From: Gammaproteobacteria bacterium
Lineage (GTDB): Bacteria > Pseudomonadota > Gammaproteobacteria > Steroidobacterales > JABDKV01
Length of the DNA stretch: 64,000 bases
Assembly: GCA_013003425.1 (NCBI GenBank)
Contig: JABDJB010000016.1
Span: 26,104 to 90,103, forward strand
Reading direction: 5' to 3'
This document shows positions 8,374 to 17,768 of this stretch, piece after piece. The notes beneath the pieces are model-generated. The model did not search any database. It was not told the DNA's origin and saw only the letters and a list, made by a program, of their open reading frames with translations. The position numbers were made by a program, and so were the translations under genes. Every line of letters begins with the position of its first letter. Position 1 is the first letter of the stretch.

Positions 8374-10759
8374 TGTATACCTCCAGCAACGATTCCAGCC
8401 CCTCACGAACTTCGTCCATGCTGGCGGGCCGCTCCATCTTGTCGACAGACATGATCCTGCCTGCCAGCGCAACAACGTCGTCGGGCAGTTTCGGGTTCGC
8501 CTCGCCGATCGGTTTGGCATTGCCCTGGACATGCTGGTACATCACAGCCATGTGATCGCCCTCGGTATAAGGCGGCTTGCCGGTGAGCAATTCGTAGAGG
8601 ATCACGCCGAGGCTGTAGATATCGGCGCGCTGGTCGATTTTTTTGCCGAGGATCTGCTCCGGTGCCATGTACTTGGGCGAGCCGATAACGTAACCGGTCT
8701 TGGTCAGGCCACTGTCACCACCGCCATGCGCGGCGGCAACGCCAAAATCCACCACTTTGACAACACGCTCGTCGTTGACCAGAACATTCGCCGGTTTCAG
8801 GTCACGGTGCACAATTCCCACCTGGTGGGCGGCCGACATGCCGTTGGCGATGTCGGCGGTGATCATCAGTGCGCGGGGGATGTCCAGCGGCTTGCGCGGC
8901 GCCATCTCGGCACTGAGGGCATGCGACGGAAAGTACTCCATGGAGATGGCATATAAGCCGGACAGGTGAACAAAATCGTAGATGCGGATCACATTTTGGT
9001 GCGTGATCTTGCGCGAGAAGCGCAGTTCGTGGACGAAACGCTGCAGCATCTCCTCATCGTCGGCAATAGCCTTGTTGAGGAACTTCAGCACCAGTCGCTC
9101 CGCTACCACCGTGTCTTCGACCAGGATTACGGTGCCGAATGCGCCTTTACCGATCTGCTGGATGAACTGGTAGCGGTTTTCGATGATGTCGCCGGGATTC
9201 AACGCGTTCAGGTCGATCATCGGCGCAGATTTTGCCGCTTCGATAGCCTCATTGGCGTTGATGAACATCGTGTGCGCCGGCTCGACCATTTGCGCGGCCT
9301 TCAGATTCTCTGCAACAGCGGTAGCGGAGAAGCGGGCGTCAAGATCCTCGCGGGCACGTTCAGCGGCGTGAGCCACGTTCTGGTCGGCGTCGGCCGTGAG
9401 GGCATGAATGCGCTCCATTACTGATTCGGCATTCACGTCGTCAGTAATCTTTGCCATCGCGCGCAGGGCTTCAATTCGAACCTCCGCCTCCGGCCGGCCC
9501 AGCAGCGGGGCAATATTGGTCAGCGCCTGCTGATCGGCGAGTACGGCTATCGCGCGCAACGCACTGGGCACTGACTTGGCTTCGCCGCTGAGCATGCCGA
9601 TTATTGCCGGCAGCGCTCGCTTGTCACCGATTTCCGCCAGCGCGTCGGCGGCGCGTTCGCGTACCCACCAGTCATCGTCACGAGTTGCCTCGATCAGGAA
9701 TTTTACGGCGCGCTCATCTTTTGTGGCGTTGAGAATCTCTATTGCGGCGCGCCGGATAGACTCGTCTTTGTCCTTTATGAGCTGCAGCACTGAATCGACA
9801 ACTTTGGGACCGCCGATCTTTGCCAGCGCGTCGGTCGCACGCGAGCGCACCCACCAGTCGCTGTCCTTCAGCGCATCGAGCAGCGTCTTGATGGCGTTAC
9901 TATCGCCGACTTCGTTCAGGACCTCGACGGCCGAGCGCCGTGAATACTCGTTCTCGCTCTGCAGCGCGCCGAGCAAATGCTTGACGGTATCCGGATGGTT
10001 GACCCGGATCATCACATCGACCGCCTTGTTCTGCACCTCGATTTCCGGATCTTCCAGCAGCTTGCCGAGTAAGGAAATATCCAGGCCCTCGGCCATTTTT
10101 GACAGCGCAGACAAGGCCGCCTGGCGTACCAGCTTGCTGCGATCGGTCAGCTGCTTCTGTAATGCCTGTTGCACGTCGCCGCGACGAAAGCGCGACAGGA
10201 TATGAATAATGTGAACTCGCACCATGGCATCCTTGCCAGTCAGCCGGTCGATAAGTTCCGGCACCATGGTGTCGTTGGCCATTTCACCGACCAGCTTCAT
10301 GCAGGCTTCTTTTTTGTTTGGCGCGAGGTCGTAAGCGGCGATCAGCAGCCGGCGGGCATCCACCTTGTCCTTGTGCGCGCTAAGCACCTGGATAAGCGTG
10401 GAGCCAGGGATGTCTTCGTCGTCGAGCAGGTCGAGCAGACGATTGGGATCGTAGGTAGTGCGACTGGTCAGGGCCCAGGCGACACCGGAGACCACGCGCT
10501 GGCTGTCGCTCTTCAGCGCCTCGATATATTCGGGCAGTGTTTTCTCATTGAGCAACTGCGCGAGTATGTCGATGAAGGTAATAGTCTGTTCTTTGTCGGC
10601 CGTGCTGAGCGCCTCGACGACATGACTGACCGCAGCCGGGCCGAGGCCAACGATCTTGTCAGAGATCGCCTTGACGTCAGCCGACTCGTCGCCATGACGC
10701 CGTACGGCAACCAGCTGATCGACAAGTTTCTCGGCCTTGATGCTGCGAAGGAACTTCAT
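8360..10759 (-). CDS. HEAT-repeat (PBS-lyase type) protein with C-terminal Hanks-type Ser/Thr protein kinase domain
   Basis: 799 aa with no TM helix or signal peptide. About the first 500 aa are HEAT_PBS-like repeats (DSDWWVRSRATDALAKIG, DDDWWVRERAADALAEIG, ESIRRAAIEIL). The C-terminal ~275 aa (DNA ~8363..9187) carry a complete kinase core: GKGAFGTV, LVLKF, HRDLKPANVLV, DFG, GSPKYMAPE. Confidence 0.88.
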   Translation of the reverse strand: MKFLRSIKAEKLVDQLVAVRRHGDESADVKAISDKIVGLGPAAVSHVVEALSTADKEQTITFIDILAQLLNEKTLPEYIEALKSDSQRVVSGVAWALTSRTTYDPNRLLDLLDDEDIPGSTLIQVLSAHKDKVDARRLLIAAYDLAPNKKEACMKLVGEMANDTMVPELIDRLTGKDAMVRVHIIHILSRFRRGDVQQALQKQLTDRSKLVRQAALSALSKMAEGLDISLLGKLLEDPEIEVQNKAVDVMIRVNHPDTVKHLLGALQSENEYSRRSAVEVLNEVGDSNAIKTLLDALKDSDWWVRSRATDALAKIGGPKVVDSVLQLIKDKDESIRRAAIEILNATKDERAVKFLIEATRDDDWWVRERAADALAEIGDKRALPAIIGMLSGEAKSVPSALRAIAVLADQQALTNIAPLLGRPEAEVRIEALRAMAKITDDVNAESVMERIHALTADADQNVAHAAERAREDLDARFSATAVAENLKAAQMVEPAHTMFINANEAIEAAKSAPMIDLNALNPGDIIENRYQFIQQIGKGAFGTVILVEDTVVAERLVLKFLNKAIADDEEMLQRFVHELRFSRKITHQNVIRIYDFVHLSGLYAISMEYFPSHALSAEMAPRKPLDIPRALMITADIANGMSAAHQVGIVHRDLKPANVLVNDERVVKVVDFGVAAAHGGGDSGLTKTGYVIGSPKYMAPEQILGKKIDQRADIYSLGVILYELLTGKPPYTEGDHMAVMYQHVQGNAKPIGEANPKLPDDVVALAGRIMSVDKMERPASMDEVREGLESLLEVYSGQN

Positions 10760-10952
10760 CGCGGTCCCTGAATCTCCATTTGCTGTTCGCCTGGCGGCGC
10801 GGTCGCCGCGGTGCCGGATCGCTGAGTCCTGTTTGCAGCGATCGGTATTCTACATGGTATCGCTAAGTCATTGTTCGTGAAAGGCTGGGATTATCGCGGT
10901 CCGGCATTTCGCTGCTGGCCGGGCCTGCCTGCAGGCTGATTGACTTTACCGG

Positions 10953-12089
10953 GTGCGGCGTCTCAAATGCGCGGATCAGAAAGATCTATCAGCAGGACTC
11001 GTGGAAAATACCGAACAACAGATTGAAAGCGCCCTGGCGGGCTATGTCGACCCGTATACCGGCAGTGACCTGGCCAGCAGTGGCGCAATTGAGAATATTA
11101 CATTCACTGACGGCACTGCAGAGCTGCTAATAAAGCTCGGTTATGCGGCTGGCCGCCATCATGACGCGCTCGTAGCGGCGCTGAAGGCACCGCTGCTTGA
11201 GCTCGATGCAGTCGACAATGTCCGTATCGAGATCAGAACGGAGATTACGCCGCATGCCGTTCAGGGCCAGCTCAAGCCTATGCCCGGTGTCAGCAACGTA
11301 ATTGCAGTGGCTTCAGGCAAGGGCGGCGTAGGAAAGTCAACGACAGCGGTTAACATTGCGCTGGCATTCGCTGCCGATGGTGCACGAGCAGGCATCCTGG
11401 ACGCCGATATCTATGGTCCGAGCCAGCCGCGCATGCTGGGCAAGCGCGGTGAACGCCCGGAAAGCCGTGATGGCAAAAGTCTCGAGCCGGTCAGCGCGCA
11501 CGGTATCGCCAGCATGTCGATCGGCTACCTGATCGATGAGGACCAGCCGATGGTCTGGCGGGGGCCAATGGTGACACAGGCGCTCAGCCAGCTGATCAAT
11601 GACACCAACTGGGGCGAACTGGATTACCTGGTGGTGGATATGCCACCCGGCACCGGCGACACGCAGTTGACCTTGTCCCAGCGGGTGCCGGTCAGCGGTG
11701 CCGTGATCGTTACCACGCCTCAGGATATTGCCCTGCTCGATGCCCGCAAGGGCCTGCGGATGTTCGAGAAAGTGGACGTGAACGTGCTGGGTGTAGTCGA
11801 GAACATGTCGACTCATATCTGTTCGCAGTGTGGGCACGAGGAGCCAGTATTCGGGACCGGGGGTGGCGAACGAATGGCGCAGGAATACGAAGTGCCGTTC
11901 CTCGGCGGGCTGCCGCTCGACATACGGATCCGTGAGCAGGCAGATTCCGGCAATCCAACTGTGGTCGCAGAGCCGGACAGTGAGCTGGCGCAGGCGTATT
12001 TTGACGTTGCGCGGCGTATCGGCGCACGGCTGGCACTGCAGGCGCGTGATTACAGCCGGCTGTTTCCGAAAATAGTAGTGGAGGAGTAG
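10953..12089 (+). CDS. apbC: Fe-S cluster carrier ATPase Mrp/ApbC
   Basis: [11 protein letters not shown]-loop, CSQCGHEE Cys motif and an N-terminal DUF59-like region. The start may instead be GTG 11001 ([12 protein letters not shown]...). Confidence 0.92.
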   Translation: MRRLKCADQKDLSAGLVENTEQQIESALAGYVDPYTGSDLASSGAIENITFTDGTAELLIKLGYAAGRHHDALVAALKAPLLELDAVDNVRIEIRTEITPHAVQGQLKPMPGVSNVIAVASGKGGVGKSTTAVNIALAFAADGARAGILDADIYGPSQPRMLGKRGERPESRDGKSLEPVSAHGIASMSIGYLIDEDQPMVWRGPMVTQALSQLINDTNWGELDYLVVDMPPGTGDTQLTLSQRVPVSGAVIVTTPQDIALLDARKGLRMFEKVDVNVLGVVENMSTHICSQCGHEEPVFGTGGGERMAQEYEVPFLGGLPLDIRIREQADSGNPTVVAEPDSELAQAYFDVARRIGARLALQARDYSRLFPKIVVEE

Positions 12090-12091
12090 CG

Positions 12092-12658
12092 GTGACGATC
12101 AAGGCGGACTCGTGGATTAAACGAATGGCGCTTGAGCACGGCATGATCGAACCGTTCGAGCCGGCACAGGTGCGCAGCGGCGGCGACGGCAAGGTTATTT
12201 CTTATGGCGTGTCGAGCTATGGTTACGACGTGCGTTGCGCGCCGGACTTCAAGATTTTCACTAACATCAACACCGCAGTAGTGGACCCCAAGCAGTTCGA
12301 CGAGAAGAGCTTCGTCGATATGGCCGGCGACACCTGTATTATCCCGCCCAATTCGTTTGCCCTGGCGCGGACTGTCGAGTATTTCCGCATCCCGCGAAAT
12401 GTACTGACGATTTGTCTCGGTAAAAGCACCTACGCGCGCTGCGGCATTATTGTCAACGTTACGCCGCTGGAGCCGGAATGGGAGGGGCACGTGACCCTCG
12501 AGTTTTCAAACACCACGCCGTTACCGGCCAGGATTTATGCCAACGAGGGAGTCGCGCAGATGATCTTCATTGAGTCGGATGTGGCCTGCGACGTGTCCTA
12601 TGCCGACAGGGCAGGCAAGTACCAGGGCCAGACCGGGGTGACGCTGCCGCGTTCGTAA
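12092..12658 (+). CDS. dcd: dCTP deaminase
   Basis: 188 aa: [22 protein letters not shown]...SYGYDVRC...[31 protein letters not shown]. Confidence 0.94.
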   Translation: MTIKADSWIKRMALEHGMIEPFEPAQVRSGGDGKVISYGVSSYGYDVRCAPDFKIFTNINTAVVDPKQFDEKSFVDMAGDTCIIPPNSFALARTVEYFRIPRNVLTICLGKSTYARCGIIVNVTPLEPEWEGHVTLEFSNTTPLPARIYANEGVAQMIFIESDVACDVSYADRAGKYQGQTGVTLPRS

Positions 12659-12659
12659 C

Positions 12660-13346
12660 TTATTCGTACGCGGTCAGTTCCAGCGTGCCTATCACCTTGC
12701 CGTCCTTCAGCTGCTCCATCTTGACTGGCAGGTAATTCAGTTCCGGGGCGCACCACAGGACTGATGCGCGGCTGGAACCGGGCCGCTGCCGCTCGACACG
12801 GACGGTATTGAAGCTGCCAGCCTCGACCTCGACGCGTTCTTCGCCCGTTACCTGAATCCGGTAAACTTTCTTGTCAAGCCGGTCAACAACGTTGTAGTTT
12901 TTTTCAGTTACGCCATTGGCAAGATCATTTGTCATGGCGATCTGCAGCAACTGCCGGTCGAGCAAGCCGTCGGTCAGCCCGATTGCCCGGGTTTCACCAC
13001 GATACTCGGTGACGGCGCTCTGGTTGTTCCAGTCAAAGTCGATGGTGTTGCCACGCTTGTTGCGGCGTGTGCCGTCTTCGGCGACGAACGACACTGGTCG
13101 CAGCTGGCCCGCGTCGAGAGTAAATTCACTGCGATCGACCATATCGCGCGGCCGGGCCAGCCGTGCCAAACCCCTGGCGAGGGTGCGGCTTTCGAGGACA
13201 TAGTGACCCTCACCGCTGTCACTGAGCGCCATCGTCATCTCACCACGCAGCCCGGAAAAGCTGGCACTGTAGTGGGCGGTGTATGGCGTCAATTCCATCG
13301 CGGTGAGGCTCGCTGGCAACAACAGCATGAGTAGCAGCAGTTTCAT
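12660..13346 (-). CDS. DUF3108 domain-containing periplasmic protein
   Basis: Signal peptide [16 protein letters not shown]. Composition looks beta-rich. Sits in the usual position downstream of purN, as I recall for pseudomonads. Confidence 0.7.
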   Translation of the reverse strand: MKLLLLMLLLPASLTAMELTPYTAHYSASFSGLRGEMTMALSDSGEGHYVLESRTLARGLARLARPRDMVDRSEFTLDAGQLRPVSFVAEDGTRRNKRGNTIDFDWNNQSAVTEYRGETRAIGLTDGLLDRQLLQIAMTNDLANGVTEKNYNVVDRLDKKVYRIQVTGEERVEVEAGSFNTVRVERQRPGSSRASVLWCAPELNYLPVKMEQLKDGKVIGTLELTAYE

Positions 13347-14005
13347 TTAATCTCCTGGTCCTCGGCATAGACCACCGGTCGGTGCAAACGTTCGCCGTCG
13401 AGCCACGCGATGCCGTCAGACATCTGCAGCCGGCCGGCAGCAAACCAGCTCACTACCAGCGGGTACAGCTTATGCTCCCGTTCCTGAACGCGTGCTGAAA
13501 GGCTGTTTTCGTCGTCATCGGCGTGCACACTGATCCGGGCCTGGGCGACCAGCGGGCCGCCATCCAGTTCATCTGTTACAAAATGAATACTACAGCCATG
13601 TGCCGCGTCACCGGCCTCCAGCACCCGGCGGTGGGTGTGCAGGCCGCGGTACAACGGTAGCAGTGACGGGTGAATATTGAGGGTGCGACCGTTGAAAGTG
13701 TGGACAAAAGCCGGCGAAAGAATACGCATGAAACCGGCCAGTATCACCAGCCCGGCGCCGCTCGCCGTAACCTGTCGCGCCAGTTCAGCGTCGAAGTCTT
13801 CGCGGGCTGCAAACTGCTCAGGGTCGACCAGCTGCGCAGGCAAACCGGCACGACGCGCCCGTTCCAGCCCATGGGCATCGGCGCGATCACTGATAACAGT
13901 GCTGATGGCGATGCCCGTCCGGGCTGCGCTGTCGATCAGCGACTGCAGGTTGGTGCCCGATCCGGAGATCAGTATCGCCGCGGGTAGCGGTGTACTTCTC
14001 ACCAC
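13343..14005 (-). CDS. purN: phosphoribosylglycinamide formyltransferase
   Basis: [24 protein letters not shown] and NIHPSLLP motifs. The start is a GTG at 14005 or 14002 overlapping the purM stop (GTGGTGA). The track start at 14050 would be an unsupported extension. Confidence 0.92.
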   Translation of the reverse strand: MVRSTPLPAAILISGSGTNLQSLIDSAARTGIAISTVISDRADAHGLERARRAGLPAQLVDPEQFAAREDFDAELARQVTASGAGLVILAGFMRILSPAFVHTFNGRTLNIHPSLLPLYRGLHTHRRVLEAGDAAHGCSIHFVTDELDGGPLVAQARISVHADDDENSLSARVQEREHKLYPLVVSWFAAGRLQMSDGIAWLDGERLHRPVVYAEDQEIK

Positions 14006-15033
14006 AGGTACTCGACACCATTGCCGGGAGCAATCCTGCCCAGCCGCCATGCCGTATCGCCGTGGCCCTCGAGCGTCGTCAATACCGCCTCGGCATTCTG
14101 TGGTGCGACGACCAGGACCATGCCTGCACCGCAGTTGAATGTGCGCATCATTTCCTGTCTGGAAACGTCACCGGTTTCACCCAGCCACGTGAAAATCCCG
14201 GGCATCTGCCAGCTGTTGCAGTCAATTTGTGCGCCGAGCCCGTCGGGCAGTATTCGCGGGACGTTGTCTGTCAGTCCGCCACCGGTGATGTGGGCGATAC
14301 CGTGTACCAGGCGTTGCTGCAGCAGCGGTAGCAGCGCCTGCACATAGATTCTGGTTGGTTCGATCAGCGCCGATCCCAGCGTGCGCTCTCCAAATGGCGC
14401 ATCAAGTCCGCTGCCACTGTCAGCCACGATGCGACGGATCAGTGAGTAACCATTGGAGTGTGGGCCTGAGCTGGCTATTGCGATCAGCTCGTCACCGCTG
14501 CTGATTGCGCTGCCGTCGATCAGGCAGTCGCGATCCACCACGCCGACGCAAAATCCTGCGAGGTCATAATCACCATCGCTGTACATGCCCGGAAGCTCCG
14601 CGGTTTCGCCGCCGATCAGTGCGGCACCCGCCTGTTTGCAGCCGTCAGCGATACCGGCAACAACGGCCGCGGCCGCGTCGACGTCCAGCTTGCCGGTGGC
14701 ATAGTAGTCGAGAAAGAACAGTGGTTCGGCGCCCTGTACGACAATGTCGTTGACACACATTGCTACCAGGTCGATACCGATACCGTCGTGCCGGTTGAGT
14801 TCCATTGCCAGCTTGAGCTTGGTCCCGACGCCATCCGTTGCTGCCACCAGTACCGGTTCGCGATACTTGCTGCTGTCAAAACTGAACAGGCCGCCAAAAC
14901 CGCCCAGTCCACCCAGGACTTCAGGACGGCGAGTCGCCGCGACGCTGTCACGGATGCGTTCGACCAGTCGGTTGCCGGCGTCTATATCCACGCCGGCATC
15001 GCGGTAGGTCAGGCCGGATTTGCTATTGCTCAT
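13999..15033 (-). CDS. purM: phosphoribosylformylglycinamidine cyclo-ligase (AIR synthetase)
   Basis: 344 aa: [15 protein letters not shown]...GGLGGFGG...[21 protein letters not shown]. Confidence 0.95.
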   Translation of the reverse strand: MSNSKSGLTYRDAGVDIDAGNRLVERIRDSVAATRRPEVLGGLGGFGGLFSFDSSKYREPVLVAATDGVGTKLKLAMELNRHDGIGIDLVAMCVNDIVVQGAEPLFFLDYYATGKLDVDAAAAVVAGIADGCKQAGAALIGGETAELPGMYSDGDYDLAGFCVGVVDRDCLIDGSAISSGDELIAIASSGPHSNGYSLIRRIVADSGSGLDAPFGERTLGSALIEPTRIYVQALLPLLQQRLVHGIAHITGGGLTDNVPRILPDGLGAQIDCNSWQMPGIFTWLGETGDVSRQEMMRTFNCGAGMVLVVAPQNAEAVLTTLEGHGDTAWRLGRIAPGNGVEYLW

Positions 15034-15130
15034 GTGTATTACCGCGGTTCGGGTGCTGATGTGTGCTATTTTATCGGCGCCGGGCCCTGGGCCGGCTCCG
15101 ATGAGACAGACCGTTTTGCCAGATTACCGA

Positions 15131-16156
15131 ATGATAACTGTGTATGGCCGACAATTCCTCGCCGTACTCGCGCTGTGCGCCGGCATGGTTGCCGGGGCGG
15201 CGCCCGTCCCTGATCTCTACACAGCAACGGTCCCTGTCCCGGATCGATCGGAAGAGGCGCGTGAACAGGCCTTTCGCGATGGACTCGCCGCGGTCCTGGT
15301 AAAAGTTACCGGCGACCGGGGTGTGGCCGGCAGCCCTGCAACGCTCGAGCTGCTGGAGCAGGCGCGGGCGCTGCTGCAGCAGTATCGCTATGTCGAGGAC
15401 TCGAAGATGTACACCGCCTTTGACGGCGCGGCCGTCGAAAGGCTTGCCCGCAATGCCGGATTGCCTGTCTGGGGCAACGACCGGCCGCCTCTGCTGACCT
15501 GGCTGGCGGTTGACTGGGGCAGCGGCAGCCGTGGCCTGATTACCGCGGGCGAGGAAACGAATCTGCGTCGGTCCATCGAGCGCGTGGCGTCCAGTCGTGG
15601 TCTTGTGCTGGTGTGGCCGCTGTTCGACAGCACCGATCGGGCCGCAATGTCCTTTAGTGACCTGTGGGGTGGATTCTCTGAAAAGATCAAGGCGGCATCG
15701 TTACGTTACGACGCTGCGGGCGTCCTGGTCGGACGCGCCAGCCGTGGGTCCGGGTCACGGCTGAACGTCCGCTGGAGTCTCGACATGGGCGGGCTGCAGG
15801 AAGAGTGGCGCGGCGGACTCAGTGCCGGTATTCATCGTGTTGCTGACCAGCTCGGGAAGCGCTTTGCCGCAAGCGACCTGGGTTTAGCCGGGGGTACGGC
15901 TATTGCGGTTTCCGGGCTGCACAGCCTGCGTGACTATGCGCGTGTTTCGGACTACCTCGACGGTCTGTCGCTGGTGCGTCATGTGGGAGTGCGGCGTATT
16001 GCCGGCGACACCGTGGTGTACGACCTGCAGCTGCAGGGCGACCCGGCCCGGTTGCCACGAGTCATTGATCTCAACGATCTGTTGCAGCCGGTGCCGGCCG
16101 TCGAAGCCGGAGCGGTCGCCGTGTCGGTCGAGCAGCGTTACCGATTCAATCCGTGA
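15131..16156 (+). CDS. DUF2066 domain-containing secreted protein
   Basis: Signal-like N-terminus MITVYGRQFLAVLALCAGMVAGAAP, then PDLYTATVPVPDRSEE. Divergent from purM, as in other gammaproteobacteria. ATG 15101 is an alternative start. The track start at 15020 would overlap the purM start. Confidence 0.7.
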   Translation: MITVYGRQFLAVLALCAGMVAGAAPVPDLYTATVPVPDRSEEAREQAFRDGLAAVLVKVTGDRGVAGSPATLELLEQARALLQQYRYVEDSKMYTAFDGAAVERLARNAGLPVWGNDRPPLLTWLAVDWGSGSRGLITAGEETNLRRSIERVASSRGLVLVWPLFDSTDRAAMSFSDLWGGFSEKIKAASLRYDAAGVLVGRASRGSGSRLNVRWSLDMGGLQEEWRGGLSAGIHRVADQLGKRFAASDLGLAGGTAIAVSGLHSLRDYARVSDYLDGLSLVRHVGVRRIAGDTVVYDLQLQGDPARLPRVIDLNDLLQPVPAVEAGAVAVSVEQRYRFNP

Positions 16157-16707
16157 AGCTGGAGCATCTCCCCAACGCACTGTGTATCTTTCGGATACTC
16201 CTGGTGCCCCCTGTCTTGCTGGCGATCGGGCGCGAGCAGTATAAGCTCGCGCTGCTGCTGTTTGTTGTTGCCGGGCTGACCGACGGCCTGGACGGTTTTC
16301 TCGCGCGTACGTTTGACTGGCGCAGCCAGCTCGGTGCATTGCTGGATCCGGCGGCCGACAAATTGCTGATGGTCTCTTCGTTTATCTGGCTTGCACTGAG
16401 TGGCCTGATCCCGGTTTGGCTGGCAGCTGTAGTCGTCGGACGTGACGCCGTAATAGTTGGTGGAGCTATCGGCTACCGCATGCTTATCGGCCCGTTCGCC
16501 GGCGGTGCCACGAATGTCAGCAAACTCAATACGGTGCTGCAGCTGATGTTTGTCGCGGCTGTGCTGGCCGATGCCGCCTTCGCGATGCCCGGCCAGCTTG
16601 TCGTTTCCTTGCTTGGCAGCCTGGTTTTCGTCACCGCCATCGTCAGCGGCCTGCACTATGTGCGGGGCTGGACCCTGTTGGCTCTCAATGCGGGTAATCG
16701 CACATGA
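16153..16707 (+). CDS. CDP-alcohol phosphatidyltransferase family protein (PgsA-like)
   Basis: DGLDGFLAR-x8-G-x3-DPAADK motif in a 184-aa multi-TM protein. Has a GTGA overlap with the upstream gene. Confidence 0.85.
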   Translation: MKLEHLPNALCIFRILLVPPVLLAIGREQYKLALLLFVVAGLTDGLDGFLARTFDWRSQLGALLDPAADKLLMVSSFIWLALSGLIPVWLAAVVVGRDAVIVGGAIGYRMLIGPFAGGATNVSKLNTVLQLMFVAAVLADAAFAMPGQLVVSLLGSLVFVTAIVSGLHYVRGWTLLALNAGNRT

Positions 16708-17768
16708 TTGTCGAAGATCGTTTAACCAATCTGCTGATTGTCTTCGCAATTGGCTGGGTGCTTTACCTGCTGTCGCCGATTCTCACGCCATTCGTAGCGG
16801 CGTTTCTTATCGCCTACGTGGGTGATCCACTGGTTGACAGGCTGGAGCGACTACGCATGTCGCGCACCTTTGCCGTCGTCGTATTTTTTGTTCTGCTGTT
16901 TTTTGTAATGAGCGCGCTGGTGGTCCTGATTGCGCCGCTGGTCAGCGCGCAGGCCGGGGCATTGTTTGAGCGTTTGCCCGGCTATGTGCAGTGGGTCGAA
17001 AGCAGGATATTGCCCAAAGTCGTCGAGTTGACCGGATTTGATGTCGATGGCGGACTGGTGGGTCTCGGGCCGTACCTGTCCGAGTACGGCGCTTCGGCAG
17101 CCAACTGGGCAGCCGAGGCGCTGGCCAGGGTAACGCGCTCCGGGGCGGCACTGGTTGGCGTCGTGGTCAACGTGCTGCTGATCCCGGTTCTTACTTTTTA
17201 CCTGCTGCGTGACTGGGACCGGATGGTCGCTGCAATAGGGGAACTGCTGCCGGTGCGCAGCAAGGAAAAGACCATCGCCATCGCGGTTGCGGCGGATGGG
17301 GCTCTTGGTGGTTTCCTGCGTGGCCAGGTCCTGGTGATGATTGCGCTGGCGACGATCTATTCCGTGGGTCTTTACATCGTCGGCATCGACTATGCGCTGG
17401 CAATTGGCGTCGTGTCGGGCATTGTCAGCTTTGTGCCATACCTTGGCCTGATAATCGGCCTGGTGCTTGCCGGCCTGGCTGCGGTCGCACAGGCGCAGAG
17501 CTGGATTGCGCTTGCCGGCGTTGTTGTGGTGTTCGTATTTGCCCAGCTGGTCGAGGGGGTTTTTCTCACCCCACGTCTGGTTGGTGACCGCATCGGGCTG
17601 CATCCCGTGCTGGTCATATTTGCGGTGCTTGCCGGAGGCCAGCTGTTTGGCTTCTTTGGCGTCCTGCTTGCCTTGCCTGTTGCCGCGGTAGGGTCGGTTA
17701 TCGCCAGGTTTGCCTATGAACACTACCTGTTCCCGCGGCTGTACCGTACCGATCCGGATGAAGGTTAA
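16704..17768 (+). CDS. AI-2E family transporter (PerM/YdiK-like permease)
   Basis: 354-aa polytopic membrane protein with the conserved C-terminal core LTPRLVGDRIGLHPVLVIFAVLAGGQLFGFFGVLLALP. Confidence 0.85.
   Translation: MIVEDRLTNLLIVFAIGWVLYLLSPILTPFVAAFLIAYVGDPLVDRLERLRMSRTFAVVVFFVLLFFVMSALVVLIAPLVSAQAGALFERLPGYVQWVESRILPKVVELTGFDVDGGLVGLGPYLSEYGASAANWAAEALARVTRSGAALVGVVVNVLLIPVLTFYLLRDWDRMVAAIGELLPVRSKEKTIAIAVAADGALGGFLRGQVLVMIALATIYSVGLYIVGIDYALAIGVVSGIVSFVPYLGLIIGLVLAGLAAVAQAQSWIALAGVVVVFVFAQLVEGVFLTPRLVGDRIGLHPVLVIFAVLAGGQLFGFFGVLLALPVAAVGSVIARFAYEHYLFPRLYRTDPDEG

Noticed and set aside
8374-8532. Extension of the first pilT-like ORF to 421 aa
   Set aside because: The extension lies inside the kinase coding region, lacks PilT-like sequence, and an SD-preceded GTG at 8373 fits the PilT N-terminus.
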